Below are positions 1 to 7,499 of a DNA stretch of 10,294 bases, in pieces. Source of the DNA: a bacterium (lineage in GTDB: Bacteria > Zhuqueibacterota > Zhuqueibacteria > Oceanimicrobiales > Oceanimicrobiaceae); NCBI GenBank assembly GCA_046757025.1, contig JBHHXN010000185.1, forward strand, positions 1-10,294, in the 5' to 3' direction. The position numbers and the translations under genes are program-made. Within the stretch, counting starts at the first letter, position 1. Every line of letters starts with the position of its first letter. The notes beneath the pieces are model-generated. The model saw only the letters and a list, made by a program, of their open reading frames with translations. It made no database searches and was not told where the DNA came from.

Positions 1-1
1 A

Positions 2-70
2 CTGTTTTTAAATAACCAGACCTGCAAAATCCAAAGTCAGTTAGCAATGTTCATGAATAATGCAGGCTAA
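2..70 (+). mobile_element. Possible end of an IS1380-like insertion sequence (open frame ending ...MFMNNAG*)
   Basis: Frame open from base 2 (LFLNNQTCKIQSQLAMFMNNAG*). Bases 50-66 read CCTGCATTATTCATGAA on the minus strand, resembling IS1380-type terminal inverted repeats as I recall them. The partner end and any transposase lie outside the window. Confidence 0.35.
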
Positions 71-247
71 GTAATAGAGCATCCGGGTTTTTGTGAATGC
101 TGAAATAAAGAACGCTTTACACGTTTTCACAAATAACCCTGTCATAATCTAAATATTGTAATCCGCTTTTGCAAGCGTTTTGTGCGGTTAGCAGAAGCTA
201 TCCGCAAAAAGAACCTTAAGAAGTTATCCTAACCCTCAATTCCTTTG

Positions 248-2437
248 TTAAAGCCTCTCCAGCAAATAATTCGTCATTTTAGTAAACAAATGCAACCGGG
301 TTTTGCCGCCGGAAATGCCATGATTGCGATTTGGGTAAAGCATCATATCAAATTGCAGGGCGCGGTCTTGCAAGGCTTTAACCACCTGCATGGTGTTTTG
401 TACATGAACGTTATCATCTCCCGTGCCGTGAATAATGAGCAAGTTTCCTTTTAAGCCATTGATATAATTTAAAACATTAGCGGCTTCGTAGCCTTCTTTG
501 TTCTGCTGCGGTAATCCCATGTAGCGTTCGGTCCAAATAGTGTCGTAGAGACCGAAATCAGATACGGGGGCCACCGCAATTCCGGTTTTAAAATAATCCG
601 CACCTCGCATCATCATCATGAGTGTCAAATAGCCCCCGCCGCTCCATCCCCAAAAGCCAATTCTAGAGCTATCTACATAAGGCAGTGTTCCGAGATATTT
701 GGCGCCTTCGATTTGGTCGTGGACGGCCCATTTGCTGATGTCGCCGTAAGCTAAATTCTTGAATGCTTTTCCTCGACCGCCCGTGCCGCGATTATCGACA
801 CAAAAAATGATGTATCCTTTTTCCGTCATCAATTGGTGCCAGAGCATCCGGCTTCCACCCCAACGATTGGCTACCATTTGCGAACCTGGACCACCATAAC
901 CATAGACCAGGACTGGATATTTTTTATTCGCATCAAAATTTGCCGGCTTAATCATGTAAGCATTTAGCTCAACGCCATCTGTGGTTTTGTATGAAAGGAA
1001 TTCCGGGGGGACAAGCGAATGCTCTTTCAGAGCTGCAATTTCATTTTTTTCTAAAAAGCGCACCAGAGAGCCATCGCTTTTGCGCAGCATCACTTGCGTG
1101 GGCGTTTTCACATCTGAAAAGAAGCCGATAACATGTCTAAAATCGGGAGCAAAGTTGCCTCGATGCCACCCTGCTCGTTTTGAGATTCTCTCCAAATTCT
1201 TGCCATTTAGGTTGACCCGGTAAACATTGTGCTCCAAAGGCGAGTCCTTTTTGCCGTAAAAATAAAGCAACTCATTTTCTTCATCCATTCCCGCGAGAGA
1301 ACTGATTTCCCAATCGCCTCTGGTAAGCTGCTGAACCAGCTTGCCATCGTAGTCATAAAGGTAAGCATGCTTAAAACCGCTCTTTTCCGAAGTCATGACA
1401 ATTTGGTCACTCTTTTTGAGAAAAAGAATATCGTACCGAACATCGATCCAGGCGGGATTGGTATCAGAGACAATAATTTTTGTATTTCCGGTTTTGACAT
1501 CGGCCAGCAATAATTCCAGGTGATTTTGCAGGCGGTTCAAACGAACTATCGCGAGTTTATGGGACGAATTGGTCCAGAAAATCCGCGGGATATAAATGTC
1601 GGTTTCTTCGCCTATGTCCATCCATGTGGTCTTGCCGGTTATAAGGTCGGCAACACCGATTTTCACGATAGCATTTTGCTCACCGGCCTTGGGATACTTG
1701 ACTTTATTGACAACGTTGTAAAGCGTCGTCTGGTCGACCAAATAATGAAACTCTTTCACCCGTGTCTGATCGATTTGCCAGAAGGCGATCTTTTTACCAT
1801 CAGGCGACCAGCGCCATGCATCTGCCAGACCGAACTCCTCTTCATAAACCCAGTCAAATTCGCCGTTGAGAATATCAGCGGTGCCATCATCGGTTACGGC
1901 GTATCCCTTCCCATTTTTAAGATCGGTCACGTAAATATTATGATTCTCAACAAAGCCAGCGAGTTTGCCGTCTGGTGAAAGTTTCACGTTTTTTAAATTC
2001 TGATTTCCATCTGCGATCGGAATGAGTTTCTTGCTTTTGACTTCGTATAAGAAATATGGCGCCTGGCGGGAATGACGCCAAATCTTTTTAACTTTGCCTT
2101 TAATGAGGAAATAGTTACCGTCCGACGTCCAACTGTAACCGCTCATGTTAATATTCTCGTTTTTGTATTTGAGATCTGCGCCTGCAAGCAACCGTTTTTC
2201 CACACCCGATTTGACATCATGACGGTAAATATCCAGTTGCTCGGTTTTTTTATTTCTCTTTGTGAAGGTGAAAGCAGAGCCGTCCGGCTGCCATTGAATA
2301 TTCTGAATGGTTTTTCCGCGAAATTTATCGGAATCATAAATGTCTTCCAAAGTCAGCGGTTTTCTGTCCCCGGCATGAAGCGGGCAAATCAATATCAGAA
2401 ACAGTGTAATCAAAAGTTGTCTTCGAAGCATTTGCAT
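248..2437 (-). CDS. Secreted dipeptidyl peptidase IV-like serine peptidase (S9B; DPPIV_N beta-propeller plus alpha/beta hydrolase), 729 aa
   Basis: DWVYEEE di-Glu motif, YPKAG, YGGPGSQ, nucleophile GWSGGG, catalytic Asp in GTGDDNVH and His in NHGI. Start moved to ATG 2437 (MQMLRRQLLITLFLILICPLHA, signal peptide) because SD GGGAGGAG lies at 2443-2450. Confidence 0.95.
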   Translation of the reverse strand: MQMLRRQLLITLFLILICPLHAGDRKPLTLEDIYDSDKFRGKTIQNIQWQPDGSAFTFTKRNKKTEQLDIYRHDVKSGVEKRLLAGADLKYKNENINMSGYSWTSDGNYFLIKGKVKKIWRHSRQAPYFLYEVKSKKLIPIADGNQNLKNVKLSPDGKLAGFVENHNIYVTDLKNGKGYAVTDDGTADILNGEFDWVYEEEFGLADAWRWSPDGKKIAFWQIDQTRVKEFHYLVDQTTLYNVVNKVKYPKAGEQNAIVKIGVADLITGKTTWMDIGEETDIYIPRIFWTNSSHKLAIVRLNRLQNHLELLLADVKTGNTKIIVSDTNPAWIDVRYDILFLKKSDQIVMTSEKSGFKHAYLYDYDGKLVQQLTRGDWEISSLAGMDEENELLYFYGKKDSPLEHNVYRVNLNGKNLERISKRAGWHRGNFAPDFRHVIGFFSDVKTPTQVMLRKSDGSLVRFLEKNEIAALKEHSLVPPEFLSYKTTDGVELNAYMIKPANFDANKKYPVLVYGYGGPGSQMVANRWGGSRMLWHQLMTEKGYIIFCVDNRGTGGRGKAFKNLAYGDISKWAVHDQIEGAKYLGTLPYVDSSRIGFWGWSGGGYLTLMMMMRGADYFKTGIAVAPVSDFGLYDTIWTERYMGLPQQNKEGYEAANVLNYINGLKGNLLIIHGTGDDNVHVQNTMQVVKALQDRALQFDMMLYPNRNHGISGGKTRLHLFTKMTNYLLERL

Positions 2438-2465
2438 TTTTACTCCTCCCTTAGTTGTTTGCTTT

Positions 2466-2549
2466 GACTTCTGCAGAATAGACATTTTGACCGTCATCTC
2501 TGAGATGACGGTCAAATAAAAACTCACCCAATTACATTCAGCAGAAGTC
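2466..2549. repeat. Nested inverted-repeat element (MITE/REP-like): 14-bp outer IR around a 31-bp palindrome
   Basis: GACTTCTGCAGAAT (2466-2479) and ATTCAGCAGAAGTC (2536-2549) are 13/14 complementary. The inner TTTGACCGTCATCTC-T-GAGATGACGGTCAAA (2486-2516) has perfect 15-bp arms. Confidence 0.7.
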
Positions 2550-2585
2550 TATCTTTTGCGGACAGGGTGCATTTTTTTAAAGAAT

Positions 2586-4262
2586 TCAATCCCATAGCTT
2601 TTCAAGTTCATCCCGCAATCCCAAGTGCTCCCAGCGTTGCAGGGCAATCGGTACGTTGCCGTTTTGCATCATGTAGTCGTGATAATCGCGCAGTCTAAAT
2701 TTGTCGCCGAGTTTAATTCTGGCGTCTGCGATGAGGTTCAAAATCTGTAACTTGCCAATTTGATAAGAAATGGCCTGGCCCGGCGTTAGCGCAAAAAAGC
2801 CGGCTTCGAAAAGGGCAGTGGGAAAATCCATTGGAACTGTGGCAGCCAGATAATTTGCGGCGTCTTCGATGGAATAATTGCCGAGCGCCAAATTGACGTC
2901 GACATCCACTCGCAGGGCCCGCAAGCGCATGAACCTGTAAATAATTTCTCGTGTGTGCGGCCGGTCATCAAACAAGCCAAACTGCAGCATCAATTCTTCA
3001 ACGTAAAATCCAATGCCCTCGATAGACCCGGAATCAAAATAGCGCCTGCGAATCGGATTCGGGTTTGCCCAGGAGCGTACCAACTGGAAATAATGACCCG
3101 GGACCCCTTCATGCACGATAATGGGTCTGGGATCTTGTGCACGCGCGAGCTTAAAAAAAGAAAGATTGGGTGAAGGTTCGGGAATATAGCTCACGCCATC
3201 CTCATGAAGGCGGCTTTCAGACGTCAGGTCGTCGACCACACCCATGTTTGTGAAAGGCAAGACGTGTGGCGGAGTTGTTATATTAATATAGTGCTGAACC
3301 CATTTCGGAACCGACATAATATTGTACTTTTCTAAGAACTGGCGAATCGATTTTTCATCGTCTCTGGATTGGTTAATCTGATCTTGAGCGCTTGCAAAAA
3401 GCTCAGCCTTTGGAACGTTTATGTTCCTCAGATTCTCATAAAGATCAAAAGCCACTGAGCGATTCCACTCTTGTTGGCCCATTAAGAGCAAATGGTCAGG
3501 GGAGAACGGCAGCAGAGCAATTTTTTTGAGAAAATACTCATACCTTTGCCGGCCGATACTAAAGCTATTCGACATCTGCGACTTTTTATCTTCAAGCCAT
3601 TTAATGAAGTCTTCCATTGCCGAGCTGCCATTGTCAACAGCCACGTCCAATTTAGCGTGAAATGATTTATTCATCATCTTTTTCAAAGCATCAGCGCACC
3701 GCTGCAAACGCTGACGAGGATTTCGTGCGTTTGCTAATGCAATTTCGGTAAAAGCCAGTACAGGCTCGGTAAGATTCTGCCGGGCATGTTCAAGTGTGTT
3801 CGGGAAAGACTGCATTCTGACAATGATATTGCGGGCCCGCTCGGCCGTCATCGGCGAATGAATCAGCAAAAGCTCGTAAAGGGCGCCAAATGTCTGGTTA
3901 ATATAAAAATCGGCACTGCGCTGGGGCAGCCTTAAAACATTCAGCTCCCAGTTCACTCGCTCGATCGCCGAACGCAGGAGCAGATAATCCACACTATCCG
4001 CTCTGGTCCAGCCACTTTTGGGAATGGCATTCAACTTTCTGCTAAATTCGACATATTTACTTTTGTACTCCTTTATGGCCTCAGGGGAGTAATCCGGCGC
4101 CCAGCCGTCGGGACGCTCCACTCTGTTTACGTCGTCGTGAGTAGCGGGTTGTGTCACAGCGCGCCAGGAGAAGAAGTCAGCAGCAAGTTTTTGCAGATCC
4201 CGGCTTTGCTGTGAGAAGGCATGCGAGTAAATGAGTAAGCATGTTAGAACCAATATTCTCAC
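2586..4262 (-). CDS. Secreted DUF885 family protein, 558 aa
   Basis: HEGVPGHYFQ, EGIGFYVE, RALRVDVD and PGQAISYQIGKLQI match DUF885 motifs. AGGAGG 6 nt upstream of GTG 4262 gives MRILVLTCLLIYSHAFS-QQ (signal peptide). ATG 4304 from the track is the alternative start. Confidence 0.88.
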   Translation of the reverse strand: MRILVLTCLLIYSHAFSQQSRDLQKLAADFFSWRAVTQPATHDDVNRVERPDGWAPDYSPEAIKEYKSKYVEFSRKLNAIPKSGWTRADSVDYLLLRSAIERVNWELNVLRLPQRSADFYINQTFGALYELLLIHSPMTAERARNIIVRMQSFPNTLEHARQNLTEPVLAFTEIALANARNPRQRLQRCADALKKMMNKSFHAKLDVAVDNGSSAMEDFIKWLEDKKSQMSNSFSIGRQRYEYFLKKIALLPFSPDHLLLMGQQEWNRSVAFDLYENLRNINVPKAELFASAQDQINQSRDDEKSIRQFLEKYNIMSVPKWVQHYINITTPPHVLPFTNMGVVDDLTSESRLHEDGVSYIPEPSPNLSFFKLARAQDPRPIIVHEGVPGHYFQLVRSWANPNPIRRRYFDSGSIEGIGFYVEELMLQFGLFDDRPHTREIIYRFMRLRALRVDVDVNLALGNYSIEDAANYLAATVPMDFPTALFEAGFFALTPGQAISYQIGKLQILNLIADARIKLGDKFRLRDYHDYMMQNGNVPIALQRWEHLGLRDELEKLWD

Positions 4263-4316
4263 TAAGTCCCTCCTGATCAAAAGTACACAGCGATAAACTG
4301 TCATAACCTGAAAGTG

Positions 4317-5321
4317 TCAGAGTGTTGTCAGGTTTTCAAGCTTTTGGTTTCCGACCTTGCCACTTTTTCGCCTATTCATCAGCCTCTCAAACAACCAGGG
4401 GCCGCGTCCTGGCTCGCTCCAGGGGCAGACTTCGATACAAATCGCACAGCCGTGTGTTTTAACAAAATAGTAAATACATTTGTCAAAATCCACATACCAT
4501 TTTTCTACACCTCGTACCAGTTGTTTTACATCAAAAATAGCATCCGGCGGGCAATCATCAAGGCAGCGCTTGCAACTCAGACACAAATCGTCAACGGCCA
4601 GGTCAATCGGTTGGTCAACAGCAAGCGGTAGGTCGGTTAGTACCGCTGCCAGACGAAAGTTAGAGCCGAATTCTTTGCATATCATGGAGCCGTGTTTACC
4701 AAGCTGGCCAAGACCGGCGTTTAAAGCCAATGGAATGTGCAAAATGTCTGTACTATTTGGGTTGCCGTATGCTTTTGCCGGCCACCCCATCGCCCGAATT
4801 TCTTCGCTTAGTTTAACAGCTATCCTTGCAAGTTCCTGGTAAACCCGCATGACTTCCACTGCTGCCCGTTCATGCGGGACATAGCTCATCTCTTCGCGGT
4901 TCATTGAGAGCCCGATACAAATAGCGTGTTTGAAGGGCGCCTGACGTCCGTCAAAAATCGCTTCGGCAACTATGTGAGTAATGCCAACCAACTCGGCCCC
5001 AAGTTTCTTTGCTTTGGATTTAATTTCCCAGGCCATCGCCTTTGGATCCTTACCATCGACTTTCTTCTGACCCACCGGGCCATCATGGCGGCGGAGCTGC
5101 CAAATATTGGCGAGAATGTGTTTGACAATCCTCCAACTGCTAATGTAGCTGAAGAATGCATCAAGGGCCTTCCAGGCCAAATCGCCGTCCCCGGGGTCAT
5201 GGAAAACGTGTTTGGCTGGAACTTTTTCCTTAACCCCTAACCCATTGATCTCATTTCCAGATTGGGGCGGTGTTTTGTAACCAAAGGCATAAAAAGGCGA
5301 GGGTGGATTATGCAATTTCAT
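4317..5321 (-). CDS. Reductive dehalogenase-like (RdhA/QueG superfamily) cobalamin and 2x[4Fe-4S] protein, 334 aa, no TAT signal
   Basis: IKSKAKKLGAELVGIT, IPLALNAGLGQLGKHG...FGSNFRLAAVLTDLPL..D.PID, CLSCKRCLDDCP (CX2CX2CX3CP) and KWYVDFDKC-X9-CAICIEVCPW. The short spacing of the second cluster motif is RdhA-like, not QueG-like. Confidence 0.82.
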   Translation of the reverse strand: MKLHNPPSPFYAFGYKTPPQSGNEINGLGVKEKVPAKHVFHDPGDGDLAWKALDAFFSYISSWRIVKHILANIWQLRRHDGPVGQKKVDGKDPKAMAWEIKSKAKKLGAELVGITHIVAEAIFDGRQAPFKHAICIGLSMNREEMSYVPHERAAVEVMRVYQELARIAVKLSEEIRAMGWPAKAYGNPNSTDILHIPLALNAGLGQLGKHGSMICKEFGSNFRLAAVLTDLPLAVDQPIDLAVDDLCLSCKRCLDDCPPDAIFDVKQLVRGVEKWYVDFDKCIYYFVKTHGCAICIEVCPWSEPGRGPWLFERLMNRRKSGKVGNQKLENLTTL

Positions 5322-5512
5322 GGTTTTAGGTCCTCATCAACCCAGAATGTCTCTCCCCGGGCTTCCCTGTCCCGGTAGATCCGGCGGATACGGCCTCCCT
5401 TGGTCAGGTAGGCAAATAACAGGTTCACAATCCGCAGTAACAGCCGGATATCTCTTTGCAATCGCTGCCAGATTGAGGTCGCCGCAGCGAACTGGTTGTC
5501 GATGGTACGCAT
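5318..5512 (-). CDS. Small hypothetical protein, 64 aa, translationally coupled to the RdhA-like gene
   Basis: Purine-rich GGGAAGGA just upstream of ATG 5512. Its stop overlaps the next start as ATGA (5318-5321). Basic, with one hydrophobic/amphipathic stretch IRLLLRIVNLLFAYLT. Confidence 0.68.
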   Translation of the reverse strand: MRTIDNQFAAATSIWQRLQRDIRLLLRIVNLLFAYLTKGGRIRRIYRDREARGETFWVDEDLKP

Positions 5513-5619
5513 TTTTTCCTTCCCGTGAAGTGGCGATAGGGTGGAGCCTCACAACTCTGTTTTTCCCACCAGCGGGCTGCTAATCAGGTACTACACGTTC
5601 TATTCTCAATTAACATATC

Positions 5620-5684
5620 AACCCTGACAGGGTTAATTGGGCGATCATAGCTATAGTTTTGCTCTTCAGAACCCTGTCAGGGTT
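5620..5684. repeat. REP-like doublet: two 15-bp palindromes in inverted orientation
   Basis: AACCCTGACAGGGTT (5620-5634) and AACCCTGTCAGGGTT (5670-5684). Each has 7-bp arms around 1 nt, and they are exact reverse complements of each other, 35 bp apart. Confidence 0.75.
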
Positions 5685-5771
5685 TGCAAAGGTAATTAGG
5701 AATCACAACACTACGGCGGTTCCGCTGGTTCATTGCCTGTCGCCAACCGGATATTCAGGTTGGTTTCAAAA

Positions 5772-6260
5772 TCATTGGCTTTTTGTGGCTTTTTGTGGAA
5801 AGATTTCCTCTCGCCGGGCTGGTTCCAATTGCGACGCATGACGGTGCACTTGCCTCCACTTGCTACCTTCCTTAATCCAAAACTCGGAAACTCGCCTTGT
5901 GCCTTGCATAAAAGCACCATTTGTTAGAATTGTCATTCCGACGTGGTAGCCTGTGACTACAGCGGCATTGCCATAAACCTTGACGTCAAGGTGCTTCCAA
6001 CTCCTATCGACCTTGAAACCAGCTTCAAATGCGGATTTCCAGGCGTCTTCATCGAACTCATCCGACTCGTTCAAGAGTCTGCCTTTAAAGTTAAATAAAC
6101 TCCACACGGATAAATACTCCGACATGACCTCTACGTTTCCATCATTGAATGCTTTGTTTAATCTTAGCACGGCCGCTTTTACATCGGCCGCGTCATCTGC
6201 AGAAACTTTACTCGTCAGAATTGTAGCTGTGACGAAAATGAACGCGATAAACCTCTTCAT
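5772..6260 (-). CDS. Secreted NTF2/SnoaL-like fold protein (DUF4440-like), 162 aa
   Basis: Strong SD AAAGGAGG. Signal peptide MKRFIAFIFVTATILTSKVSA. Fold-typical segments LNKAFNDGNVE, VKVYGNAAVVTG and RVSEFWIKEGSKWRQVHRHAS. Confidence 0.85.
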   Translation of the reverse strand: MKRFIAFIFVTATILTSKVSADDAADVKAAVLRLNKAFNDGNVEVMSEYLSVWSLFNFKGRLLNESDEFDEDAWKSAFEAGFKVDRSWKHLDVKVYGNAAVVTGYHVGMTILTNGAFMQGTRRVSEFWIKEGSKWRQVHRHASQLEPARREEIFPQKATKSQ

Positions 6261-6325
6261 GCTGCACCTCCTTTAAGGTTATTTTGTAACAATTTAAATT
6301 CTTAACGAAGTCCAACAGCGATTAT

Positions 6326-7429
6326 TCAAGATTTGTTTTTTGAATGATAAAAATCGAGGTTTTTTCTTATCTTTTCAGGCAAGTCCGGCAACTTTGATCT
6401 TGGCATAAGAAAAGTCGAAAGATTTGTAAGGTCAGTGAAGATCTTATGACTTTCGGCGGTCGCTTTTAGGTACTGCTGACCCGAAGAACCGCCGGTGCCG
6501 ATTTTCGTACCGATCATCCGCTGGACCATCATTGCATGCCGGTACCTCCAGATCGTTAAAAGTTCGTCGATTTCGGTTAAGGTGGTTAAAAAGCTAAATG
6601 GTAGGTGCAAAATGGGTTCATCCCGATATAGGTTAATCAAAAGTGCAGCCTGTGTTGCTTTATACGAAAGCCTTCGAAACCTTTTTTCTACGAGTTCATT
6701 GTGCTTGTTTTCATCGAATATCGCCGTAAAGTTCTTTTCTGTCTTTGAAAATTCCTGAAGCTCTTGTTTTTTTTCTTCTTCGGAAAGAGTGGGGTTGTTT
6801 CCGATGATTTCCCGCTCTTTTCGAAACGCTGCCTCTACGGCGGTTCGATAACTTTTCCAAAAGTTAAAGCCTTGAAAATCGAGAAATGGCGTGCGCTCCA
6901 GCCACATTTCTACTAAATCAAACAGGGTCGTCTCGTTCTCTGAGGTTTTAATGAGTTTTTGATGCTCGGAGGATAGACGGGCGTGGTAGGTAGCTTTTTC
7001 AAAAAATTTACGATCCTCGGGTCGTAAACCGAGTCTGTTTTCAATAAGTCGAAACTGGTAACTTTGAAACCCGGATGCAGGGATAAGATAATCCCGAAAT
7101 TCCAGAAAATCCAGCGGAGTCATAGTTTCGAGGACTCTGATTTGATCGATCAGCAGTTTCTGAATTTCAATGACCCGTCTTAACCTGGCAACGGCAGTGC
7201 CAACATCTTTTTCTTTGACATAGCCGCTTTTGAAAATCTCAATTACCGAATCAAGCTCATGCAGTATTTGCTTGAACCAGAGTTCGTAGGCTTGATGTAT
7301 GATGATAAACAGAACTTCGTCATGAGCCAGCTTTTCTCCGTATTCTTCACTTTTGGGCTGCTGGCAATTCAGCAATTGATCGAGTTTTAGATAGTCGGAA
7401 TAGTAAAGGGGTGGTATATCTTTTCTCAT
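6326..7429 (-). CDS. kynA: Tryptophan 2,3-dioxygenase (long form), 367 aa
   Basis: YSDYLKLDQLL, HDEVLFIIIHQAYELWFKQ, LETMTPLDFLEFR, ASGFQSYQFR, WLERTP, WRYRH (proximal heme His) and GTGGSSG loop. Confidence 0.96.
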   Translation of the reverse strand: MRKDIPPLYYSDYLKLDQLLNCQQPKSEEYGEKLAHDEVLFIIIHQAYELWFKQILHELDSVIEIFKSGYVKEKDVGTAVARLRRVIEIQKLLIDQIRVLETMTPLDFLEFRDYLIPASGFQSYQFRLIENRLGLRPEDRKFFEKATYHARLSSEHQKLIKTSENETTLFDLVEMWLERTPFLDFQGFNFWKSYRTAVEAAFRKEREIIGNNPTLSEEEKKQELQEFSKTEKNFTAIFDENKHNELVEKRFRRLSYKATQAALLINLYRDEPILHLPFSFLTTLTEIDELLTIWRYRHAMMVQRMIGTKIGTGGSSGQQYLKATAESHKIFTDLTNLSTFLMPRSKLPDLPEKIRKNLDFYHSKNKS

Positions 7430-7453
7430 TGGAGTTTTTTCTTTAGGGATTTT

Positions 7454-7482
7454 ATGCTATCAAAATTTAGTTTAAAAGTCAA
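7454..7482 (-). promoter_or_regulatory. sigma70-type promoter for kynA
   Basis: Minus strand TTGACT (7477-7482), 17-nt spacer, TAGCAT (7454-7459), about 25 nt upstream of ATG 7429. Confidence 0.6.
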
Positions 7483-7499
7483 GTCATTTTTAAAGACAC

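Noticed and set aside
2438..2527. 30-aa N-terminal extension of DPP IV in the ORF track
   Set aside because: It runs through the palindromic element. The SD and signal peptide point to ATG 2437.
4317..5321. Calling the Fe-S protein epoxyqueuosine reductase QueG
   Set aside because: It lacks the QueG DYH motif and the long C-X~24-C spacing with GCD in the second cluster motif.
5513..5610. Cobalamin riboswitch upstream of the RdhA-like module (minus strand GCCACTTCACGGGAAGG resembles part of the B12 element)
   Set aside because: The downstream AGYCAGRAGACC B12 box and upstream conserved core are missing, and GGGAAGG is explained as the RBS of the 64-aa ORF. An Rfam RF00174 scan would settle it.
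5743..5763. CCAACC...GGTTGG hairpin as terminator of the NTF2-like gene
   Set aside because: No U-tract follows on the coding strand.
245..6758. Plus-strand and alternate-frame ORFs overlapping the minus-strand genes
   Set aside because: Shadow frames of well-supported genes with no recognisable motifs.
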